A DNA stretch of 64,000 nucleotides, from the NCBI GenBank assembly GCA_013265495.1, contig MU058636.1, forward strand, positions 7,642,295 through 7,706,294. The letters run 5' to 3'. The notes below the pieces were generated by a model, which saw only the letters and a list, made by a program, of their open reading frames with translations, ran no database searches and was not told the DNA's origin. Position 1 is the stretch's first letter; every line of letters starts with the position of its first letter. Source of the DNA: Vicugna vicugna. Its lineage: Eukaryota. Below are positions 51,901 through 64,000 of this stretch, in pieces. The translations under genes were made by a program, and so were the position numbers.

Positions 51901-54900
51901 TACACTGTGGGCAATGCAACAGAGTAAGATTTGGGGAAGTGAGAGCTGTGTGTTTTTTATGCAAAGTGGGAGAAGTTTGTTGTGTTACATTGAGAAGTTT
52001 TAACATGAAAGTTTAATATGAAAGTAGGAAAAGAAATGCTAGGAAATATCACATAAGAAATTAAAATCTGGAAATTGGTTATTTGGAAACTTTTATCCCG
52101 TACCAAAAGTGGTATGTGTGCCCCTCTCTGAAGATATTAATACACTTCACGTATTTGTAGCTGAGTGCCTAAGACCACTAGTTCTGGAATCTGAGCGCCT
52201 GGGTTGGAAGCAACCTTCATCTCACAGTTGCTATTACTTAACCACTCTGAGCCTGTTTTCTCATCTGTAATACGGGGGTGTGAAAATGAGACCTACATAG
52301 GGTAGTTATCTAAAGTCACTGAAATAACTCATTTAAAGTTGGTACTCAATAAACATTAGTAATGACAGCTGCTATTCTTCCCTTGCTAAAATTCTTTAAT
52401 GATTAGCAAAGAATGGTTGTGTGCTAAGCATATCTGAATAATTTTTAAAGTGTAATTTTGTCTTCATTAAGAGTGATGGAGTTACTTTCTTTTCATCAAG
52501 AATTGACTTCACAGAACCAAAAAAAGCAAATGTGAATACTATGTTAACTCTGTCATAGTGCCACTAATAAAAACATTAATACTGTATAGAATTATTTTGA
52601 TAACACAAGAGTTCTCAGAAGAAAAATCTCCTTCTTAGTGAATTTCAGGCATGATATATGCCTATTTAATTATTTAGGCATTAGTATCCACTATAATTAC
52701 AATCGCTGGATGATAATGTTAAAGGCTTGACTAGAAGCCAGCATTTCAATTAGATGAACGTACTAAAAGCTCATCGTACGTTATACTAGATTCAGTGTCA
52801 TCCAGGTTGTCCAGCTTGTTTTATCCACATGCTGAAAATATGTTGTATTTTTTTCTCTTCATCTATTACATGATATTGTCAAAGGGGGTTAGAAAACCCA
52901 GACAGTGTGTCACAGAATTATGAATATCGTTAAAATGAAAAATGTCCAAATTACTTTGGACATGAATTGAGTTAGATGTTGGTACAGCCGTCTTGTGAAC
53001 TGATCTAGGTTATCACTGGTGATGTACCCTAATGGTCCAAGCTCAGACTGAAATCAATAGGATGACTCAGTGTAAAATAAAGCTCCTGAGAAGTGCACTA
53101 TGATGAGGACTAATGTGATGATAATATTCCAAAAGTTCTACATGAGGCTAGGTCTATGATCTCATTGTATTTTCCTTCCCTAAACTGTTCCTATATGAAA
53201 AGCATACATTTGATAAAAGATCGATAATTTTGATGTTCTTAGTACAGTATAATTTTCCTCTTGCAGACCACATACTGGATGATGGACAAACGTAGCATTT
53301 AAAAATTGAATAATAAATAGATAAAAGTAATTCCTTACCCATTGAATTGGAGATATGTATATAGGCTTTGCAAATTCCAGATTTCCATATAAAGTAGTCA
53401 GTCTGTTCTTAGGAAATATATATATACATATGTATATATCTATATCCTTTAAAAAATAATCTGCTAATTAAAGTATGGAAAACAATTCCTTTAACATTTC
53501 TTACCAACCTAATTTGGCTTTGCTCTAGTCAAATTGATACTATTTATATTATGTTATAAAAAGGCTAATGACATGCTCAGTAAAGTACCTTATTTTCTAT
53601 ATATTTAGCATAACAGGATGGAGTTTAACATCAGACACCAAAATTATTTTTATAGCGAAGTTCTTGTTTTGTATTGCTTCAGGAAACCTAAGCCACTCAG
53701 AGTCAAGGTGGGTCCCTTGGGACACAGGCAAATAAGAGACAAGTAAACAGAAGAATACTTGGAGCACTCTGTAATACTGTCACTACAGGAAGAATGAGCA
53801 GAGATTGGCAGCGAGTGGATTGGGGAATAAGAAGCCTTGAACACTGAGAAGAGAGAAGGCAAGCAGCCTGGTAGACTGGCAAATAACTCAGAAGAAGAAA
53901 GTTGCCTCGCTTTACACCCGAGGTTGTTTTTGCTATTGGGACGTAAGAAGCCTGAATTTCCTGAATCCTTTAGCGTAGTTTGCCCAAAAATGCTGTGTGT
54001 TTTGTTTTTGTTTAATTCTGGCTAGAAATTTAGGGAAGACACTCAACATCCATCTTTGTTTCTGTGATCCAGAACAAGACAAATATGTGCATGATGCTGA
54101 ACTGAACTAAATTAGGGAAAGCAAAGGCTCAGAAACAGAGGTGTCCTTGGGACAGCAAACGCCTTAGGAATGTTTGGACATTTGGATGAGAGCATCAGCT
54201 TTTCTACAAGAAGCAGAGATGGAAGCTTAAAGGAAATAGTGCTCTTCAAAGACCAGCAAGGATACACCTAAATTTTGAACTTCTGTTTAAACATTGCTCA
54301 TCTTTTTGGAGAAGAAACCTGGAATTGGATTGTGAAAGAACCCCTTGATAAAACAGCAAAGCGGTTTCATTTTCTACATTGTTAAATTGGTGGATATATT
54401 TAAGTATTCCATGTATATTTGTAAAGGTTTTCCAAGCTTTGTGTAATTAGGGATCACAAGCATAAAGAGAAGAGGATATCGTTAGTGCTGGTTGGCCAGT
54501 TAGATGTTAGCCATTCTTCTTGAGTATATCACCTATAGGAAAGCTGAAGAATGGCTGATGTGATGAAAAATGTGATGAATTTCTGATAAAGTCCACTGTT
54601 CACCAGGAATTCATTACTGGACAACCTTGACTGTCTTGGGAGGATTGTCCTTCCTAAACAGTCAATGCTTTTCTGGTCATATTCAGGCAACGTGGCTGGG
54701 AAGATCTAGGTCCAGGAATTCTGTGTTCAGCACTCCCAGTCTGGGGTGGCTCATCCCAGCCTGATTGTCTCCCGAAACTGATGTTACAGCAGATGACACT
54801 AAACTCAACCACAGACCTGAGTTCCTCAGTTCAAAGAGAGTTCAAAAGCAAAGATGCTATTCATGGGGAAAAAAGAGAAGTCTGTTATTTTATAAAACTT

Positions 54901-56199
54901 TGTAAAAATACACCAAGGGTTACACTTCATAGTTAAAAATTTCAAACAATTCTACCCAGAAATTCTCTAGCGACTGGGAATTAACCAGGGGTTGTGTTGA
55001 ACAGGTGGTTCTCTCTCTCTTAGATGCCCAGCCACAGAGGAATGTGGAGCTGCTGCCTCCCAGTTCTCCCCCTTCTAAGAATTTCCCGTCTAGTCTTCTC
55101 TGCCTCTTCCTGAGTCTTTTCCTTTTTTTTCCCTAAAAAGATTTAGGATTGTTATTGACAGAGACAGACTGCAACAGGAATGTCACAGTTGTTATAGCTT
55201 GTGCAGTTGGTTGCATTCTTTTGAAAGTATCCTGAAATTAGATCGCTGCTCGAGAGAGCCATAAAATACTACCAGCACACAATATCTTACTGCACATTAT
55301 CCAGCAACTGTGGACCAGCCCTATCTAAACGGGCACGCCCAAGGCTGTCTGTAGTGTTTCTGCTGACGCTTAGTATTTTTTTTAAGAACTTTAAAAATTT
55401 GAAATAAAGGCAAAGAAGAAGATGCAAAAATAGTGGTTTCATGGACTCTTCACCCAGCTTTCCCCAAAGGTAATATCCTACAGAACCACAGAACATTATC
55501 AAACACAGGAAATGTACATGGGTACAGTACCATTAACTCAACTTCAGGCATTATGTGCATTTCACCAGCTTTTCCATGCACTCATTTGGGCGAGGAGGGC
55601 AGTCTGCAGCACTCTGACATGACATAGATGCGTGTAACCACCATCACAATCTGACTGACTGTTAATGATTGGTGTCCCCCACGATTCTGTTCCAAGCCCT
55701 TTTCAGTTTTCATTCTTCACATGCTTCCTGGACCTTCTCATCTGTAATTGTGATGTCAACTACCTTTTGTATTTGGGTAATTTTAAAATTGATAACCCAA
55801 ACCTCTCTCTTGAGCTCTCTACCTAACCATGCCATGGCCTACTTCTGGACACTCACTGAATATTTTATCTGCACTTTAAACTTCAATATATCCAAAATTG
55901 AACCAGTATTCCTTCATTTTAAAATTAAATGGTCTCTATGGGAGGGACTAGCACCCTGCACCCAAGCCAGAATACCCAGGGGCCATCCTGGCCGTATCCA
56001 TCATCCCTACGCCACCTTTACATAATAAAAGCTGCTGACCTTCCATGGCAGGTACTGGGTGTCATGCATCCAACATACTATTAGCTTATGTCATCCCAAC
56101 AGCAATCCTAAGCCTTGTCAGAAATGGCCTTAAGTTTCCTGAGGTCTGAAACTTGTATGGTTTTCGGGGTCCTTTTAAAGAAAAAGAAAAGTACAAATA

Positions 56200-56570
56200 C
56201 CTGGAAATCCTGCAATATGCTACAACATGGATGAACCCTGAAGAAAGACATTATTATGCTAAGTGAATGAGCCAGTCACAGAAGGACAAATACTGCATGA
56301 ATCCACTTAGATGAGATATTTGAAACAGTCCAACTCATGGAGTCAGAGAGCAGAGTGATGGTTACAAGGGGCTGGCAGGAGAGGGGAGGGGAGTTGCTAA
56401 TCAACAGGTACAAAGTTTCAATTAGGCAAGACAGGTAAATTCTAGAGATCTGCTGTAGAACACTGTGCCTACAGCTAACAGTACTGTGTTGAACACTTAA
56501 AATTTTGTGAAGAGGATAGATCTCATGTTAAGTGCTCTTACCACAAGAAAATAAAATTTTAAAAAAGAAA
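56200..56570 (+). mobile_element. L1MA-like 3' end
   Basis: tgctacaacatggatgaaccctgaag...gccagtcacagaaggacaaatactgcatga...gatctcatgttaagtgctcttaccacaa, then an A-rich tail. Confidence 0.85.
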
Positions 56571-59500
56571 ATTATAAATACCAAAATTACTGCTTCAAAG
56601 TATATACTTGGACTAGTACAAGTGAGGGGTCCTGAAAATGGACCTTCATTAGTTTCATGGTGCGTTGGCCTTTGAGGAAGTTGTTCTTCTTATTTCCATT
56701 CTACAGTGACAAAAACTGAGGCACAGAAAGGCTGCATACTTAACATGACCAGCATCCCCCCTGCCATGGGAGTTTCCATCACCTCTTGGCCTCCTATGTG
56801 ATCTCCCTCTCAACCTCTGCCAACCCCTCCCAGTGCTTTCTCCACACTGACCTTAAAGGGATCTGCACATGGGACCATGTCTGTCTGCTGATCAGCAGCT
56901 GCCCTAGTTCCCTATTACTTTTAGGATAAGGGTTAAACTCTTGCACAATGTCCGGGGTGTCTCTTGCACTCGATGCTGTGTGAGGCTGAACTGCTAGTAC
57001 TCACTCTGTCCGCACTCCACACTTCTAATTCCTTTCCACTTGCCTGTCCTGCTCCCAGGATGGCTCCCTTCCCATCCCCTCAACTATCTATCAGTGATCT
57101 TCATCATTTTTTCATTTTTCCCAATAAAAATAGCATTATTCATTATTTTTTAGATTATAGGAGTAATACATAGTTAAATTTTAAAAAAATTATACAGTAC
57201 AAAAAAAAACCCCACAAAGAATTAAAAAAAAGCCAACAGATCATAACCCCATTATCCAAGAAGAACCACTGTGAACAATTTAGTGTATACACTTGCCATT
57301 TTCCCTACATGTTGTGTGTGTGTGTGTGTGTGTGTTTGCACGCACACGTGCACTAGTCTATAAAACTGGGATATGTTACTATATATGTTACTATGGTATT
57401 ACTGTTCTTTCCCATTTTTATCAGTCTGCCAGACTCTCCCCCCAAATGTTTTGTTGTTGTTGTTATTTTAATGTCAATCTCACTGATTACTAAGAAAGCC
57501 AAGCATCTCTTCATGTGTTTCTTCTCTTGAGAATTGCCTGTTGATGTCTACCCTCTGTCTCTGCAGCACCAGGATCTAGTACAATTGCTGCAACAGCATA
57601 AGTGGTGGATGAATATGTGTGGTATGAGTGAGTGGACTAAAGACACATCCCCTCACTCTAGAGCGCCCATGTGTTGAGGGCAAGGTCTCATTCTCTGATT
57701 TCCTTATTCCTTCTTGCACAGAATCAACAGCCAAATCCTGCGAATTCACCCTTCAAAATGTCTTTAAACCTCCCACAACTGCTGCCCTAGTTCAAAGTGT
57801 AGTCACTTCTTACCAGGATTTTTGCAATAGCCTCCTCTCTCTGCTCTCTCTAACCTAATTCTTTCTCCATCTATGACCAGAGTTTTCTAAAACACAATTT
57901 GTTCACTTCACGCTCCTGCTTAAGACCTTTATTGATTTCATATTGCCTGCAGAATAAATCTAAACTTTTTGGAAAGGCATCCAAGACCTTTCATAAAATC
58001 TGGTCTGACTTTCCATCTCAGCCTCATCCCTCTTCCTTTACATTCCTCTCTCTTTACATCATCTGTGCTCCAGCCACACCACACTTTCAGCTGTTCTGAA
58101 ACAGACTCTGCTTTCCACAATTCTTTGCTTTCGAGATCCATTTCAAATGCCACACACACCATGGCAGCTCGTCCTGTCTCTCCACCACAATTATCACACT
58201 GCTGTCACCACCGCCACCACTAACATCCTTACCTTGCACACCTCCTTCGAAAACTCTACACTTCCTCATTATTTCAAAGATAATTTTATATTTCTCTCCC
58301 AATTCCAACTTCCTGCCTGCGTAGCAATTCTGGATCAGCAGTTTTAAAGAATCTGTCAAGTATCTGAATATCTGTTACGTGCAAAGTACTGAATCCCTTT
58401 ATGGTACTCAGTTCAGTTTCCAGCTGAAACTTTGAATGCAGCTGAGTTCTGAAAATACATTAGTTATAAAAGGCTGAAAACCTACACGCAATTTTTTTGT
58501 GTGTGTTTTAAAATAGTGTAATTTGAGCTCCTCTTAGATCACAGAATCTGAGAGCAAAGGGGGAGGCAGACACCCGTGCTTTCCCAGCTGGTTAGCTAAG
58601 CAGGCAGAGGAGATGCTTCTGCTTCCCTGGTGACATCTTCTCGCTCTCCAGCGGGATGGTGCAGTCATTAGGTATCAGGTCATCAGGTACCTGGGTCTAG
58701 ACCAATTAAATATATCCTAACGAATTTTTAGTCCAAACATAACAATAGACATAAATATTAAAGCTATTTTTATAGCTTAAAGATTTGCCCATAGGAAGTC
58801 ATTTCTCATATGTCATTTATACGCCTTTCCTAACAGATTTGCAAACCAAAATGTTGCAACTTTAAAACATCTTGTCAAGTTAATCAGTTGCTCACTATGT
58901 GTCAAATTTAATATTTAGAGAAGTCAATCTCTCAATATGTTATAGATACTTGTTTTATATTTTCCAATCTGTTATTACTAAAAATAAAATTTTAAATCTT
59001 AATGTATTACAATGTAAGTTTTTTGAGCACAAATGTAACGATTAAAAAATAAATTGCAGAATTTTTTCTTTAAATGCTTCTATTTTTTTCTAAATTAAAT
59101 TAATTATTGATTTGCTTCCAAAGTCATTTGCCTTCATCCTTTTTATTCCAAGAATCAACATCCTGTCCACCTCACTGTTTATTCAGACTTTAAATAGCAA
59201 GAGGCCCAGGCAGAAGGGGAAAAAAAAACACTTCTATTAATTTATTTAGTCACTTGAAAGCTATCACAGAAGCTATGGTAGAAAAAAATGACAGAATTAT
59301 TAGGAATACTGCAATGGAGAGTTTATCTGACAGTTGAGTTTTATACTCCTCAGGATAATAGATATTGAGCTATGAGTATTAGCAGACACCTTAGTTATAT
59401 GATGTCATATAACATAATTTGTCTCCAAATCCTGTTGTGATTTCACCATTGCTTTTTTGATAGCTCTGAGTTTTCATTTTCAATCAGAACCATAACTCAG

Positions 59501-60881
59501 CCCAGCTGGGAAGATTGCCTGGACTCTGGCTTGGAGCATTTCCAAGGCACTTTCTTTCAAGAAAATATGGAAGCTCTTTTTGCCCAGAAGTGGAGACACA
59601 TAAGGATCTGGTTTGCCATGCTTTACTTCACGGTGATCCTAACCTGAGTCTATGCAATCTTACTGTCTTTGCTTCTAAAAGTCAAGTCAAAAACAAAGGA
59701 TTCAACTCTTGGGAATGATCCCTCTCATCTGACAAATGGGAAATTCCCCTCTGCTTTCCATCATCAATTTCCCTCATTTCTCTTGTACATTCACTCAGTA
59801 ATTCACCAAGTATTCACGGCGCCCTTGTTGTGTGCAGGGCAGTGAGCTCAGCAGTGTGGGAAGAGTTGAGAATTGGGTCTAAGACTGACTCTCCATCCTG
59901 GCTTTCTGAAGATGATGAGTCTTGGGAGAGCATGGAACAGATACCAAACCCTTAAAAACAAAGTTCCCCCACTTAAATACCTTCTGAAAGAAGGAGGGAT
60001 ATCATGCATAAATAAAAAAAGAGTGGCTAGTAATTATAATAAAGTTTATTCCTTTACTCACTCAAGAGCCCTCTTCCCTGGGCAGGTTGCATAGGGTTTC
60101 CTTCCAGAATTGAAGAAGGCATTCACAGAAGGAAGGTGGGAGCTGCTGCTGGTGCTGTGCCTGGCATCAGGGGGAGGGAAGAAGCAGGGGGTGAAAAGGC
60201 TCTTTCATTCCTCTGGCAGAGGCAGCCTTGCAGCTGGGGCCACGGTCTGCTCTGCGGACCCAGGGCCTCCGGAGAGAGCATGTGTTCCTCTACTGATCTG
60301 AGTCTTAGCCACCAGCCTCTGGCAGCAGCCAGGAGATGGAGAAGATGGTTAAATGAGGCACTTAATTTTGTAAAACATGGGTAAGTATTTTATTTTTCTT
60401 CCAAATCAAGAATATCTACTCAATTTAAACTTTTTACCCGCAGTCCCTCTTCCTCAGACCCAGGAGTGTGAATTTCTGTTTAACACAAGTGTCAGTGACT
60501 TCTTACCCCATAGGGTTCCTCATCTGTAAAATGAGAAGGTGACAGATGTTCCTAAGTTTCTTTCCAAGTGAAAATAAATATGATTCTTAGATCAACAGAA
60601 TTTCAAGGGACTCACACTTGACTGTTAAGAAAAAGAATATAAAAAACAACCTGCCTGTTTTCCTGTGGCTTTTTCTGATCATTTTAGGATTAGTTGTTGT
60701 TATTTATTGATCCCACTTTTGTGTTTATTCTTCCCTCCACTAACATCCCTGCATGAAAACAAGCACAAATTTAAAGTTAATATCCTCTTCTAAAATGTTA
60801 CACAAACACACCACACACACACACATACACACCATGGGTGACACAACATGGAAATGAAAAAATCACACCAAAACATAACTC

Positions 60882-61015
60882 CAGTGGTTCTCAAACTTTA
60901 GCAAGTACTGGAATCATCTACCTAGGCAGATAAAGCAGAGCCAAAGAATTAACGTTTCCAAAACATTCCAAGTGACACCGAAGCTACTGAGTGAGGACTG
61001 CACTTTGAGAACCAT
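60882..61015 (+). mobile_element. MER5A-like hAT element
   Basis: TIRs cagtggttctcaaact ... actttgagaacca. Confidence 0.65.
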
Positions 61016-63844
61016 TTTTTTTTTTGTTTTTAGTGTAATTCCCTTGGAGACACATCCCTAGTGTCTGTTCTCTTCAAAATCCCTTAAAGTCCTGCTGTGC
61101 CTCAGGCCATCATTTCCCCCCTCCATCTGTCAACTGGCTCTTTCCTTGAAAGGATTTCAAGTCACTGGAAAGCTTGCATTTTAATATCTAGCACCACACG
61201 TTCCCTCGGTTTTGGTGTTTTTTTTGTAGCAGATTAACAACTACCACTAGCACATATCCTTTTTTTAGTCCAAAACTCTTTGCAGGAAGTTCTGCACTGC
61301 CCAGAACACAAAATAAACAGAAGGATGAAAGGATGCTCGTGTCAGGGTAGTGAGGCGGGTGTCTGCAGTGCATTTAGCTAGTGCGCGTGGAGGTACAGTG
61401 TCCGTGGTACCAAGTTTCCATCTTTGCTTTAACTTAAGCAGGATAAGAGCCCAAGGTTGAAGAAGGAAGGATTCTGTTTAGAAAAATATATTTTGTGGTA
61501 TTTGGGGAGATAGTCCTCAGTAACATAGAAGCAGTTTCATAGCTACTGGAAATGCTTTTCAATTATATAATATACACTTTATAGTCAATGTGTTCTCAGG
61601 TCTCTGTCTTCAAAGAGCGATCTAGAGAATGAATTAGTCTGGGAAGTTTGTGGCAGAGCACATAAGGAAGAAGAAAGGGTGTTTATTCGTATGAAATAAA
61701 ACCCATAATTTTTAAAAAAGAACTTAGAAGACTTAATTTCTTAAAAGGCTGACACGGGACCCTAGAGGTTTGGGCACTGTCCTGTTCTCCCTTCATCTGC
61801 CAATGGAAGGAACCAAGCCTGATGTCTTGTTAGAGTGCCAGCATTGAAACAAAGCACAAGAGAACTCTAGAGGCTTATTTAGTCGCCCTCTTTCAAGATG
61901 ACGAAGCAAGGCCCCCTCCTCTGTTATGTGCCCCATCTTCCCACTTCCCTCCCCGCGCACGAAGAGGGTCCCGGCATTTGGCAGGAGGAGGAGTGACTCC
62001 AGAGGAGGCCCGTGGGAGCAGAGAGAGCAGAGGGCTGCTGGCGGTGACTGCATGGGGTGGGGTGATTTCACTCTGGTTGGAAAAAGATCCAAGCTTCATT
62101 TGCAAACAAGCTTGCTGAAGCCAGCCACTCACCCCAGGCTTTCCAAGGTTAGCCCACCCACCGCCCTTCCAGGTGCTAAAGTACTTTTCTCCCATTCACG
62201 GCTGTCTATGACATAGTTAAAAATGTTCACGTAGGTTTGCAGCACGTGGTGGGGGTGGGGTTGTGTCTGTCTGGGTAAGGGTCACTCCGCTTCAGGACTA
62301 AGCATCCTAGATGTTGTCCTGTCTCTCAGGGTCCAAAATTCTTTCTGTCTAATGCTTCGGAATTAAAACTTTCTGTCAGATTTGATCCATTCAACAGAAC
62401 GTCAAGCCTCCCTTTAAAATGACTTAAATATGTCATACAATTTCTTTTTTTTTAAAGCTGCCCACTTCATGGCAGCTTCACATTTCCAGAAACATTTATC
62501 ATGTCTTACTAAAGAGATTCCAGTGTCACACAAAACGTATTCAACACATCGCCTTGACTCTTATGGGTGTGTTGTGAACTATTACTGTGATCAGAAGGTA
62601 CATACAGTCTTGCTCCATGATGTTTTGACCTAAATATTTATTTTTTTATATTTCTTTTGTTTTATTCTTTAATCAGACTGAGGTGACTAGCGTGGCCATT
62701 CTTTTGTGTGAATATCCTCATTTCTACTGCCATTTATAATGCAAAGGTAGCCACTTCCTATTTCTTTACTCTGGCCAGGGGCATTATTTATTTACAGAGC
62801 TGATAATGTTATATGACTCTTGTGAACTGATCTGTATCAGGGTTTTGCTGTTGTTCTAAATTTTGCTTTCCATTTAATTTCAGACTTGAGCTTATCCAAT
62901 ACTGTTTGTATTTACCTTTTCATTAGGTATTCAGGTCAAGAAGATAACAGAGCTCCTGTTGAAACCCTGTGTGAAAAAAGAACTCCTCTGAGAAACTTCT
63001 AAGAATTGTATCCTTTCAAGGCTAAACTGCTGTTCCCATCAGTTGGGTAAACTAGATTATAGATTTGACTTTTTGCAATTTGGGATGTAGATGTGTACGC
63101 GTACTGCGGAGCTGCTGAGACAATAAATGCTGAGGATTAGCCCCTACAATATGACTGCCAGAGGGGCCAAGAAGTGGGCTGTCAAGTCCTTGTTTTGCCC
63201 TTGCTGCTCGTGAAAAAATAGCCTTCTCCAGTTACATCCTTCCTCCCCAGAGATTACATGAGTCCCGGCACCAGCCAGCCCAGAAGTACATGCAGGTTTC
63301 TAGACAGTGATGCTGACGACCAGTGAAGCTCAACCAGCAGTAGCCCCGGCACGCAAGACCAGGGGAAGAACTTGATACAGTTCTCCTGAAAGGGAGCCAA
63401 ACCAGCGTACACCAGGGTAGTCTTTCTAAACAGGAAAACGTTATTAGTCATGAAAATGATTTTACCCCTTCATCCTGTAATCTCAAGTCTATGAATAAAT
63501 ATTGAGGGCAATGATGATGACGACAACTTAATTCCTATACATCTAGGGATTTCTTATTTTTGAACAAAGTCACATTCCAGAGGCAGAATTTAGCAGCAAG
63601 GAAATTTTAAAGAGTGATTATCTTCTTTACTTTTACTTATTGAAGAACATTAGAGGGATATGATTCATAACCCTGAGGTACATCTTTTAAAAGCCCCTTC
63701 CTCCACTCTCCAGGTTTCCTGTGCTTCAGGATCACTTCTCTGTCGATGCTCTAAAACTGTCCCTCCAGCTCTGCCTTACATTGAACTTTCCCCTTTCTTT
63801 CCTGCTCTTATTATAGGAGATACCTTCGCTTCTATGCCAGTAAT

Positions 63845-63891
63845 GAAAGAAAGAAAGAAAAGAAAGAAAGAAAGAAGGAAGGAAGGAAGAA

Positions 63892-63987
<96 letters not shown>

Positions 63988-63990
63988 GAA
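63845..63990 (+). repeat. Compound (GAAA)n/(GGAA)n microsatellite
   Basis: About 145 nt pure purine tetranucleotide run. Confidence 0.98.
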
Positions 63991-64000
63991 GTCTTAAGGA

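Noticed and set aside
63254..63451. 65-aa minus-strand ORF in CpG-containing sequence
   Set aside because: No recognisable homology, and no supporting exon structure that I could verify.

Overview
This is mammalian genomic DNA, not prokaryotic. It holds the complete SPART (SPG20, spartin) gene on the minus strand. Eight coding exons with canonical GT-AG junctions join in frame to 2004 nt (667 aa plus stop), running from 37208 down to 15629, and the CpG-island promoter lies at about 45.6-46.3 kb. Downstream on the same strand are the CpG-island promoter and first coding exon (6264-6346) of CCDC169, the same gene order as the human locus. The rest is intronic or intergenic DNA rich in L1, L2, CR1, MIR, MaLR/ERV solo LTRs and DNA-transposon fossils. 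I recognised no Alu, Bov, PRE, CHR-2, SINEC or ERE SINEs; together with the style of the L1 3' ends this suggests a cetartiodactyl, possibly a camelid (inference). I found no convincing previously undescribed biological system. The best second-look items are a multiply deleted L1 whose 5' tip is fused to the RT region, TSD-flanked solo LTRs at both ends of SPART, a uORF and bypass acceptor ahead of CCDC169, and candidate alternative 5' exons and regulatory modules. Repeat family names come from recalled consensus similarity, and boundaries without a TSD are approximate.
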